This document shows, one piece after another, positions 28,936 to 37,844 of a stretch of 64,000 nucleotides of DNA. The stretch covers positions 1,256 to 65,255 of the forward strand of contig JALEXS010000022.1 in NCBI GenBank assembly GCA_022780025.1, in the 5' to 3' direction. Numbering within the stretch: position 1 is the stretch's first letter; each line of letters opens with the position of its first letter. The notes beneath the pieces are model-generated. The model made no database searches, was not told where the DNA came from, and worked only from the letters and a program-made list of their open reading frames with translations. The DNA is from Mollicutes bacterium. GTDB taxonomy: Bacteria; Bacillota_I; Bacilli_A; RFN20; CAG-826. Position numbers and translations under genes: made by a program.

Positions 28936-31593
28936 TTATTTTTTAGGTGTAATAGGTTTTATGATTATTTTACCAGCACGTTGAATAGCATGTTTTGCCA
29001 TTTCGATTGGTAATTTCTCATAAACTTTACCTTCAACTGTTTTCTCGTTTCTTACTAATTTAATAGCGTCAAATTTACATTTAGTAGTACATTGTCCACA
29101 GCCAATACACATATATGTATCAACTTTTGCAGCACCACAACCTAAACAACGAGATGTTTCAAGTTTCATTTGTTCTTCTGTGAATGTAGCTCTAGTGTCT
29201 TTGAATGTACCATGATTTTCTTTAATTGATAATGGACGTTGACGTTTTACATTATCATAGCCAGATATTTCGAGGTTATCTTTATCAAGAGAGATATATT
29301 TTCTTCTATCTCTACCATATTTTTGAGTTTGTCCTGGCCAAACAGCTCTATGAATAGAAATAGCACCTTCTTTACCACTAGCAATTGCATCAATTGCAAA
29401 TTTTGGACCAGTTACACAATCGCCACCAGCAATAATATTACTTTCACCAGTAACATAGAATTCATCAACAGATACAGTATTATTTTTATTTAACTTAACA
29501 TTTGTACCTTCAAGTAATTTACCCCATTCAATTCTTTGTCCAATTGAAACAAGAATATAATCAGCTTCGACAGTTATTACGTCATTTTCATCATATTTTG
29601 GAGCAAATTTACCTTCTTCGTTAAATACGGAGACACATTTTTTAAATTCTATACCAGTGACTTTACCATCTTTAACAATAATACGTTTTGGTCCGTATCC
29701 ATTATTAATAATGACATTTTCACTTTCTGCTTCTTCGATTTCTTCTTCAAGTGCAGGCATTTCTTCTCTTTTCTCTAAAGAGTACATGTTAACACTTTCA
29801 GCACCAACTCTAGTAGCAGTTCTAGCAACGTCAATTGCAACATTTCCACCACCAATAACAACTACTTTACCATGTAAAGGTTTTTGTTTATTAAGGGCTA
29901 CATTTTTAAGGAAATCGACACCGAGGATAACACCTTCGCCATCTTCACCTTCAATATTAAGTTTTCTTCCTTGGCTAGCACCAATAGCAAGATAGAATCC
30001 ATCAAATCCTTCTTTTTTAAGTTGATCGATTGTTTTATCTTTACCAACTTCTATACCTGTTATAAATTTAACGCCTAATTCACGTAAAATATCAATTTCA
30101 GCTTCGACTACTTCTTTTTCAAGTCTGAAAGAAGGAATTCCAAGTGTCATCATACCACCTAATTTTTCTTCTTTTTCAAAGACAGTAACATCATAACCAT
30201 CAACAGCTAAATAATATGCCGCACTTAATCCTGCAGGACCAGAACCTATAACTGCGATATGTTTGGATGTATAATCATGTTTTTTGGTAGGAATAAAACG
30301 ATCGCTACTATTTTTATCTTTATCTGCAATAAATTTTTTAATTTCATCAATTGCAACGCCTTTATCAATTTGACCACGTGTACAAGCATCTTCACATTTG
30401 TGAGGACAAATTCTACCACAAATTGCAGGGAATGGATTTTCTTTCTTAATTAATTCTAAAGCATCTTTATATCTACCTTGAGAAGCTAAACGAATATAAC
30501 CTTGAACTGCTATATGAGCAGGACATGCTGTTTTACATGGAGCAGTTCCAGTTTCTAAAGTATCTTCTCTATTTTCACGATAATTTACATTCCATTTGTC
30601 TTTACCCCAAATTGTATTTCTGACTTTATCATAATACTCTGTTTTTAATGGAGTTTTTGTACATAATTTTTGTCCGAGTTTAATAGCATTAACAGGGCAA
30701 TTTTCAACACATTGACCACATGCAACGCAATTATCTTGGTTAATTTCAGCATGATAATTACTTCTTTCAGCATCTGGACAATTAAACATATTTGATATAC
30801 GAATTGCAAAGCATGAACAACCACAGCAATTACAAATTGCAGCAGATTCTCCAGCGCCTTCTAAGTTAGGCATTTGATGCATTAATCCGTTTTCTTCTGC
30901 TTTTCTAAAAATTTCTTCAGCTTCTTGTCTAGTGATTTGTCTAGCTTTACCTGTTTTAATAAAATATTCAGCACCACTTCCAAGTTGTACACACATTTCA
31001 TCTTCTAAATGTCCGCAACCTTCGCCAAGTAATCTTCTTGAACGGCGACATGAACAAGGAGAAACAGAATAAGTATCATATTTATCTAAATAATAAGAGA
31101 TTTTGTCATAAGGAATAGCTTTAGTATCACTTGCAATTGCAGATTCAATTGGAATAACTCTCATCATACTTTGACCATAAGGAAGCATAGTTCCCATAGT
31201 TTCCATAAGACCACGAGTATAAGCTTCAAAAGCTTTAGCTATTTCAGGGTGTTCTTTAACGTTTTCAGTACAGCCAACCATCATTTCAAGAGTGCCTGGA
31301 GCAAAAATTTGCATGAAATATAATGTTTCATTATTTTCTGTATAAATTTTAATAACTCCTAGATATCCAAGACGATCAAGAATTTTCTTTGTTTCTTCCT
31401 CGGATTTACCACATTTTTTTGCTACATATTGAAGATTTCTTGGTTTTCTTAAACCTAAAGATGCTGCAACATCAGCTTCTTCATCAGTTAAACAATTTAA
31501 AGCGTAATATTCTGGTGATTCTTCAGTAATTTTTGTCATCATTCCTGCTAAACCACCCATTACTTTAACTAAACGTAAGATACTTTTCCTCAT
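28936..31593 (-). CDS. 885-aa multidomain Fe-S flavoprotein. N-terminal Cys-rich domain, a 4Fe-4S ferredoxin, a GltD/DPD-like FAD/NAD(P)H oxidoreductase module, and a C-terminal 2x[4Fe-4S] domain (YgfK/SudA-like).
   Basis: CAVCGQCVENCP; GltD N-terminal Fe-S region CKTACPAHIAVQGY...NPFPAICGRICPHKCEDACTRG; dinucleotide folds IAVIGSGPAGLSAAYYLA and VVVIGGGNVAIDVA; C-terminal CLGCGAAK...CIGCGQCTTKC. It is adjacent to and co-oriented with the hypA-like gene and a TetR gene. Confidence 0.6.
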   Translation of the reverse strand: MRKSILRLVKVMGGLAGMMTKITEESPEYYALNCLTDEEADVAASLGLRKPRNLQYVAKKCGKSEEETKKILDRLGYLGVIKIYTENNETLYFMQIFAPGTLEMMVGCTENVKEHPEIAKAFEAYTRGLMETMGTMLPYGQSMMRVIPIESAIASDTKAIPYDKISYYLDKYDTYSVSPCSCRRSRRLLGEGCGHLEDEMCVQLGSGAEYFIKTGKARQITRQEAEEIFRKAEENGLMHQMPNLEGAGESAAICNCCGCSCFAIRISNMFNCPDAERSNYHAEINQDNCVACGQCVENCPVNAIKLGQKLCTKTPLKTEYYDKVRNTIWGKDKWNVNYRENREDTLETGTAPCKTACPAHIAVQGYIRLASQGRYKDALELIKKENPFPAICGRICPHKCEDACTRGQIDKGVAIDEIKKFIADKDKNSSDRFIPTKKHDYTSKHIAVIGSGPAGLSAAYYLAVDGYDVTVFEKEEKLGGMMTLGIPSFRLEKEVVEAEIDILRELGVKFITGIEVGKDKTIDQLKKEGFDGFYLAIGASQGRKLNIEGEDGEGVILGVDFLKNVALNKQKPLHGKVVVIGGGNVAIDVARTATRVGAESVNMYSLEKREEMPALEEEIEEAESENVIINNGYGPKRIIVKDGKVTGIEFKKCVSVFNEEGKFAPKYDENDVITVEADYILVSIGQRIEWGKLLEGTNVKLNKNNTVSVDEFYVTGESNIIAGGDCVTGPKFAIDAIASGKEGAISIHRAVWPGQTQKYGRDRRKYISLDKDNLEISGYDNVKRQRPLSIKENHGTFKDTRATFTEEQMKLETSRCLGCGAAKVDTYMCIGCGQCTTKCKFDAIKLVRNEKTVEGKVYEKLPIEMAKHAIQRAGKIIIKPITPKK

Positions 31594-31647
31594 AATATTT
31601 CCCCCTATTACTTTTTATACTTAGTTTGATAATGAATAATTATCTAT

Positions 31648-32181
31648 TTAACACAAAATTTGATATTCTTCTGGTATTGTGCGATCAATTTGTTGAGCTA
31701 ATTCAACTTTTGAAATTGGTCTTCCATCAAATAACCAGTCTCTTACAGTATTTACACAACCATATATAACAATTTTGGCAGAGTAAATTTCATTTTTTCC
31801 TAAATAATGGCCGTGTTTTTCAAAAAATTTATCATTCATTCTATTAAAAGAATAATCGAAAACAAATTTTTCATATGAATTAATACCTTCTGATAAAAAG
31901 GCATTTTTAACTCTTTTAGAATCTTTCTCTACAAAAGTTAGAATGTTAATAAATAGTTCGCCCCAAGATTTAAATTTAGTTTTTTCAAAAATTTCATCGA
32001 GTACAAGCTTGTAATTATAATTCATGACATCATATTTATCTAAAAACAATCGATAAAAAGTTGACTTTGAAACACCAGCTTCAGCCACTATCATATTAAC
32101 GGTTATGTTATCGATTGAATACTTTCTAGATAAGGTATTAAAACAATCAATAATATGTTTTTTTGTAATTTCTTTTGCCAT
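31648..32181 (-). CDS. TetR/AcrR-family transcriptional regulator.
   Basis: N-terminal HTH TVNMIVAEAGVSKSTFYRLF. Confidence 0.75.
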   Translation of the reverse strand: MAKEITKKHIIDCFNTLSRKYSIDNITVNMIVAEAGVSKSTFYRLFLDKYDVMNYNYKLVLDEIFEKTKFKSWGELFINILTFVEKDSKRVKNAFLSEGINSYEKFVFDYSFNRMNDKFFEKHGHYLGKNEIYSAKIVIYGCVNTVRDWLFDGRPISKVELAQQIDRTIPEEYQILC

Positions 32182-32219
32182 AAATAAATTTATAATCGAT
32201 TTTTAATCATTTTACATTA

Positions 32220-32235
32220 ACATATTAATATATGT
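32220..32235. promoter_or_regulatory. Inverted repeat ACATAT-TAAT-ATATGT in the tetR / membrane-gene divergent region. Candidate TetR operator.
   Basis: Perfect 6-bp arms ~40 bp upstream of the tetR start. Confidence 0.3.
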
Positions 32236-32377
32236 CTTTTCAATTAAATGATACTAATTGATATAAATGTCTCATTATAATACTAATTTTAAATTAAGTT
32301 CTTCCTTATTGTCAATGTAATCCATTATAATAAATACTAAATAAAACGACTATTTGTCGGAAGGAAAGGAAGTCTAC

Positions 32378-33379
32378 ATGGACAACGAAAAAAAATTGCA
32401 AAGAGCCGAAAGACTCAAAAAAATGTTTGCTCCTGGTCCTGAAGCAATGGACTACAAAGTCACTCCAGGTCTCGACACATTTTTAAAGTGGTTAATGTTC
32501 ACTGTAACTATTTTAGGTATTTCTGTTTTAACATCTAAATACCAAGCTTACGGAAACATTCCATTTAACATCATTTGTGGTATCATTGTTTTATTTGCAA
32601 TGAAACCTGTTTTCTTTGAAGCACTCAAATTAAGTACTTTACTCGTAGGAAGAATTATTGTCTTATTTGCTTGTTTCTCATTATTGCCTGGCGAAATATT
32701 CGTCATGATAGTTTTAACCTTATATATTATTAATATATTAGAAGCTACAATGACTGATTTCTTCAAAAATAAGCAATATTTTAATGGTGTTTCAGGTTTA
32801 TTTATTGCTGCTGGAGCATCAGCATTCTTCTTAGGATCAACATGGGGAGTCACTCAAGTTGCTAATTCACCAATCTATTTTATCGATGGATATTCACAAC
32901 TTGGTTCTTTTGTTCCATTTACATCCGATTATTTCGTATCTCAAACAACTATATTAGGTAATGTCACTGGTACAACTACAGTTGGTATCGCAATCACAGT
33001 TGCTATGATGATTGCTTATACAATTTGGAACTGGTTATTCGTTACTGGTGAATTCTCTTCATCAGTTGCATTAATGCACATTGGTTTCTTACTTGCTCCT
33101 ATTTTTGGCGTATTTGTAGGACCACTTGTTGGTATGGGTAGATTTGGTTATCTTCCAGATCCAGGTCTTTGGTTATTATTTAGAGCTAGTACACTCACAT
33201 TCGGTGGTATTCTCCAAATTGGTGGCAAAAGATGGTTTGAAGAAAACTTCAACTATGAACCATTTGATAGAAAGGTTACATATATTAAACAAAGTAAGCC
33301 TATACAAATCACATGTATGTGTATTTGTTGTGCATTGATGATTTTTGCAATCGTTTTTGGTTTTCTTCCTAAAATGTAA
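32378..33379 (+). CDS. Polytopic membrane protein of unknown function.
   Basis: Start moved to the ATG at 32378 (MDNEKKL), preceded by GGAAAGGAAG. The track's first ATG lies inside the RBS. About 8 predicted TM segments. Confidence 0.45.
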   Translation: MDNEKKLQRAERLKKMFAPGPEAMDYKVTPGLDTFLKWLMFTVTILGISVLTSKYQAYGNIPFNIICGIIVLFAMKPVFFEALKLSTLLVGRIIVLFACFSLLPGEIFVMIVLTLYIINILEATMTDFFKNKQYFNGVSGLFIAAGASAFFLGSTWGVTQVANSPIYFIDGYSQLGSFVPFTSDYFVSQTTILGNVTGTTTVGIAITVAMMIAYTIWNWLFVTGEFSSSVALMHIGFLLAPIFGVFVGPLVGMGRFGYLPDPGLWLLFRASTLTFGGILQIGGKRWFEENFNYEPFDRKVTYIKQSKPIQITCMCICCALMIFAIVFGFLPKM

Positions 33380-33424
33380 ATAATTATTATTTTTGTCAAA
33401 AACACTGCAAAACTCAATTTATTT

Positions 33425-33462
33425 TTTAAAAAACCGAGTCATAATTTTATTGATTCGGTTTT
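33425..33462. terminator. Bidirectional intrinsic terminator between convergent genes.
   Basis: aaaaaaCCGAGTCAtaattttatTGATTCGGtttttt. Confidence 0.5.
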
Positions 33463-33548
33463 TTATTTATTAATTTTAATCATAGAATTAACATAAAAAA
33501 ATGCTCTAACTATTTCTAGTTAAAGCATTAATTGTATTATCAATTCCT

Positions 33549-34466
33549 TTAATCTTCGTAATTTTCTGGTAATACAAAGTTTAAGGCTAATGGCAAAATT
33601 TTAATATCTACTTTTGCTTCTCTAAATACTTCACCATCAATTGCATAAGCAACAGGATGAGGTGATTCAATTACTACGTGTTTACATTTTTTATAGATGA
33701 TTTTGTCTTTGAGTTTTTTATTTTCAAGATGTTCACCTTTTTTATAAACAGACATTAAACCTGACGCACTAAATCTAGATATTTTTTTAACTAAACAAAC
33801 ATCAATTAAACCATCATCTATTAAACTTAATGGAGCACATTTAAACCCTCCGCCATAAGTGTGTCCATTAGCTACAGCAATTAATAATCCTTTATCATCA
33901 AATATAACTTCATCGTCTAAAGTTACTTTCATTGGTGTCGACATATTAAATAATAAAGATGAAACAGCTGCTAAATTATAAGCTCCTTTTCCACTCATTA
34001 ATTGCCATCTTTTGATTTTGTGCATTTTAAACGTTACTTCACCATCAAAACCAAAATTGAATATATTAACGGAGACTTTATCATTTGCTTTTAATAAATC
34101 AACTTTTTTAGTCTTTCCATGAATTAATTTATCTAAATCTCTAAAACCTTGATGATCTTTAAAACTTTTTATAAAATCATTGCCACTTCCAGATGGAAAA
34201 CATGCTACTTCTACATTTTCATATTCATAAGCACCATTTATAACATCATGTAAAGAACCATCACCGCCAATAGCATAAAATCTATAAATTTCATCTTTAG
34301 GATGAGTTTCTAGATATTTTTTTACAAATTCACGACCATCACCTTTGCATGTTGTTTTATAAACTTCATAATCTATAACGCCATCATATTTTTTTAAATC
34401 ATTAGAAATATCACTAAATCGATCCTTTTTCCCGGCGTTTGGATTAATAACAAATATATGTTTCAT
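33549..34466 (-). CDS. Diacylglycerol-kinase-family lipid kinase (DgkB/YegS-like, DAGK_cat).
   Basis: MKHIFVINPNAGKK and IGGDGSLHDVINGA catalytic motifs. Confidence 0.75.
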   Translation of the reverse strand: MKHIFVINPNAGKKDRFSDISNDLKKYDGVIDYEVYKTTCKGDGREFVKKYLETHPKDEIYRFYAIGGDGSLHDVINGAYEYENVEVACFPSGSGNDFIKSFKDHQGFRDLDKLIHGKTKKVDLLKANDKVSVNIFNFGFDGEVTFKMHKIKRWQLMSGKGAYNLAAVSSLLFNMSTPMKVTLDDEVIFDDKGLLIAVANGHTYGGGFKCAPLSLIDDGLIDVCLVKKISRFSASGLMSVYKKGEHLENKKLKDKIIYKKCKHVVIESPHPVAYAIDGEVFREAKVDIKILPLALNFVLPENYED

Positions 34467-34485
34467 ACATTAAACCCTTTCAAAA

Positions 34486-36243
34486 TTATTTTTTATGTAA
34501 GAAGTCTATTTTTTTATCCTTTCCAATCTTTTCCTCTTCTTTTAAATCTAAGCCTAATGTTCCGCCTGGATTCATTAAATATTCTGGGTCAAAATGATTT
34601 TTTAATACTTTGAATAATTCAAATTCGTTCTTTCCTAAAGAGCCTTCAATCCATGGTGCAAATGCTTTACCAATACCATGGTGGTGAGACATAGATGCAC
34701 CAGATTTTTGTATAGCATCTAATATACCATCTTGATAATTCTTATATTCTTCCAAATCAGTCATATGAGCAATAAAAATAAAATATAAATTAGCACCTTG
34801 AGGATAAGCATGTGACATATGTGTCATACAAATTGTATTAGGTCTTGATTTACAGAATGCTCTAACATCACGGTGAACTTGTGACATATTAGACCAGTTT
34901 ACACTACATTCTAATGTATCAGTCATAATACCAAAATCTTGCATAGAATCTCTTAAATATGGATCATTGAATCTACCTTTTTCCCATGATTTAGTTACAA
35001 ATCCAGTTAAACTCATGCCCTTATATTGTTTTGCAATTCTACGAATACATTTAGCAACATTCTTAGCAAAGCCTTTTTCACCATCAGAGAATCCTAAAAA
35101 TAGACACATTTCATTTTCTTTAAATCCTTTGATTTTAAATAATTTCATTAAAGGAGTTTCATCAATTCCGTAAAGTCTTAACATAATTGATGTTTCTTCT
35201 GGATCACTTAATCTAAAAACTGAAGAGTATCCACCTTCGCATTGCATCATTTCTCTAGCTGCTTTTTGAGCAGTTTCCCAATCTTTAAACATATATGAAT
35301 AGCGTTTTCTATTTTCAGGCATATAACGGAATACACGAAGTGTAACTTCAGTTAAAATACCAAAAGTTCCTTCACTACCCATCATAATTTGATTAATACT
35401 TGGACCAGTAGCTTCTCTTGGAGCGTGTGTAGTAACAATTTTACCAACAGGGGTTACATATTCTTGTGATAAAACAATATCTTCGATTTTTCCATAATAA
35501 GTAGAGTTTTGGCCAGCACCACGAGTAACAACCCATCCACCTACAGAAGAATATTCAAAACTTTGAGGGAAATGACCACAAGTATAAGGTCTTTTAGCAT
35601 TAAATAATTTAACAGCATTATTTAAAGTTTCTTCAAGTTTAGGTCCAGACATACCAGTTTGAACAGTAATGGTTTGATCAATTTCGTTAAATTTAATAAC
35701 TTTATTGTAGCGAAGTCTCATATCAAAAGAGACACCGCCTTTCATACACTCGACACCACGAGTAACACTAGAACCGCCACCATAAACATACATTGGAATC
35801 TTGTGTTTTATACAGTAATTAACTATTTTTTCAATTTGTTCTTTATTATCAGGATAAATAACAACATCAGGTATATTTTCAATCTTCTTTTCACGAAGTC
35901 TTAATAAATCATACATTGTTTTTCCATAAGCTACACTTAATCTTGCATAGTCATCATCACGAACAAATTCATCACCGACAATTTCTTTAAAGAACTTAAT
36001 GTCTTCATCAATAACGATTTTTTTCTTTATATCAAATTTAACTTCATCAAGGCCTAAATCCTCATTATATTGTTTAAAATTATCATTAGTCATGTTAAAT
36101 TTTTCTTTTAACATACCATATAATGTTTCTTTAGGTGTTTTAATAAAGTTTGGGTCTCCCCATTTAAAAATTGAACGATAAGAATTATTAGGAATTTCAC
36201 CTTTAAACCATTTTGGTTCGAATCCTTTATAAGGTTTTGACAT
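34486..36243 (-). CDS. FAD-linked oxidase resembling alkyldihydroxyacetonephosphate synthase (AGPS-like).
   Basis: FAD_binding_4 motif VIYPDNKEQIEKIVNYCIKHKIPMYVYGGGSSV. C-terminal SHHHGIGK (an HHH loop typical of AGPS, not the HxGDGNxH of GlcD/D-LDH). 585 aa with an AGPS-like N-terminal extension (FKWGDP). Confidence 0.55.
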   Translation of the reverse strand: MSKPYKGFEPKWFKGEIPNNSYRSIFKWGDPNFIKTPKETLYGMLKEKFNMTNDNFKQYNEDLGLDEVKFDIKKKIVIDEDIKFFKEIVGDEFVRDDDYARLSVAYGKTMYDLLRLREKKIENIPDVVIYPDNKEQIEKIVNYCIKHKIPMYVYGGGSSVTRGVECMKGGVSFDMRLRYNKVIKFNEIDQTITVQTGMSGPKLEETLNNAVKLFNAKRPYTCGHFPQSFEYSSVGGWVVTRGAGQNSTYYGKIEDIVLSQEYVTPVGKIVTTHAPREATGPSINQIMMGSEGTFGILTEVTLRVFRYMPENRKRYSYMFKDWETAQKAAREMMQCEGGYSSVFRLSDPEETSIMLRLYGIDETPLMKLFKIKGFKENEMCLFLGFSDGEKGFAKNVAKCIRRIAKQYKGMSLTGFVTKSWEKGRFNDPYLRDSMQDFGIMTDTLECSVNWSNMSQVHRDVRAFCKSRPNTICMTHMSHAYPQGANLYFIFIAHMTDLEEYKNYQDGILDAIQKSGASMSHHHGIGKAFAPWIEGSLGKNEFELFKVLKNHFDPEYLMNPGGTLGLDLKEEEKIGKDKKIDFLHKK

Positions 36244-36261
36244 AATATTTTTCTCCTTTTT

Positions 36262-36606
36262 TTATATCATTGATGTTGTTGTTATAATATCAACACCAGT
36301 ATTTAAGACATTTTTAATTACTACTGAATTAATTTCTAATCTTTCGTTTATAATTACTTTTTTAAGAACTTCTAATAATTCAGGTATAAGATTTTTATCA
36401 ATTTCTCCATTTGTTCTTACACTTACTACAGGAAATTCTTCAATTGTTGTTTTTACTGAACTACACACACTTCTTTTTGGATGATGGAATTCATTAAAAG
36501 CATATTCTTTTCCTCTAGGACATTTATTGCCTTCACATGTATTATTAATTTCATCATATTTTAGATGACATCCGTTTGGACATACGATACAAATATATTC
36601 TTTCAT
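36262..36606 (-). CDS. DUF1667-domain protein.
   Basis: N-terminal Cys cluster CIVCPNGC...C-x4-C. It is always the third gene after two FAD oxidoreductases, and here its start overlaps the upstream gene's stop. Confidence 0.45.
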   Translation of the reverse strand: MKEYICIVCPNGCHLKYDEINNTCEGNKCPRGKEYAFNEFHHPKRSVCSSVKTTIEEFPVVSVRTNGEIDKNLIPELLEVLKKVIINERLEINSVVIKNVLNTGVDIITTTSMI

Positions 36607-37841
36607 TATTTAGTGTCCTCCAAAATAAATTCGATTTCATCATTATTTTTTACTGTAAGTAGAATTTTTTCCATTTCAGGTGGTCTTAAATGTGAATATC
36701 TTCTTTTTAATAAAACTTCACCTTTTTGTTTTATTAATAATGTTTTATCTTTATATTCATCTCTTGCTCTAAAATAGAAAGTCATCTTTTCAGTAGATTT
36801 ATGAAAATCAATAAAAGAAGGTACTACATAGCCGAAATGACTATCAAATTTAACTGGTTTTAAATCTCTTTTATTATTTAATAATTTAGATGCATCATTT
36901 GCAGCAATTTCTCCGCTTTCAGAAACATAATCTGCTAAATCATTAACATGCATTGCATTTCCACAAGAATAGACGTTGTTTACTAATGTTTCGAAAGTTT
37001 GATCAACATCAGGGCCTTTAGTAAATCTATTCAAAGGGACATTAATTTCTTTTGCTAATTCGTTTTCAGGAATTAATCCTACAGATAATATTAAACTATC
37101 ACATTTAATAATTTCTTCACTACCCTTAATCGGATTCATTTTATTATCAACTTTAGCAACTTCAATAGCTTCTAATCTATCTTTTCCAAAAACACGAGTA
37201 ACTGTATGTGATAAATATAAAGGTATATTAAAATCGGTTAAACATTGTGCAATATTTCTACTTAATCCGCTTGGAGTAGACTTTACTTCATATACTCCTT
37301 TAACATGAGCACCTTCTAAAGTTAATCTACGAGCCATTATTAAACCAATGTCTCCACTTCCTAAAATAACAACTTCTTTACAAGGCATTTTTCCTAAAAT
37401 ATTTATATAATATTGAGCTTGTCCAGCTGTCATAACACCTGTTGGATTTGTTCCATGTATAGAAATTTGTTTACTAGTTCTTTCTCTACATCCTGTTGCT
37501 AAAATTAATTTCTTTCCTTTAGCTTTGTTAACACCGTTTTCATTAGCAAAAGTAACAATTACTTCGTTATTTTCACTAGTAATATTAGTAACAAATGTAT
37601 TTTTTAATACAGTAACATTGGTCTTTTTTAATTTTTCAATTTCTCTATTTGCGTATTCTGGTCCTGATAATTTTTCTTTAAATTTTGTGACACCAAAGCC
37701 GTCATGAATACATTGTTTTAATATTCCTCCAAGTTTATTTTCTCTTTCAATTAATAAGACTTTAGTATTTTCGCTTGCTTTAATACTTGCAGCAAGTCCA
37801 CCAGGTCCACCACCTATAACAATAATATCAAAGTTTTCCAT
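36606..37841 (-). CDS. NAD(P)/FAD-dependent pyridine-nucleotide-disulfide-family oxidoreductase.
   Basis: IIVIGGGPGGLAA dinucleotide fold plus a second VVILGSGDIGL fold. Confidence 0.7.
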   Translation of the reverse strand: MENFDIIVIGGGPGGLAASIKASENTKVLLIERENKLGGILKQCIHDGFGVTKFKEKLSGPEYANREIEKLKKTNVTVLKNTFVTNITSENNEVIVTFANENGVNKAKGKKLILATGCRERTSKQISIHGTNPTGVMTAGQAQYYINILGKMPCKEVVILGSGDIGLIMARRLTLEGAHVKGVYEVKSTPSGLSRNIAQCLTDFNIPLYLSHTVTRVFGKDRLEAIEVAKVDNKMNPIKGSEEIIKCDSLILSVGLIPENELAKEINVPLNRFTKGPDVDQTFETLVNNVYSCGNAMHVNDLADYVSESGEIAANDASKLLNNKRDLKPVKFDSHFGYVVPSFIDFHKSTEKMTFYFRARDEYKDKTLLIKQKGEVLLKRRYSHLRPPEMEKILLTVKNNDEIEFILEDTK

Positions 37842-37844
37842 TAT

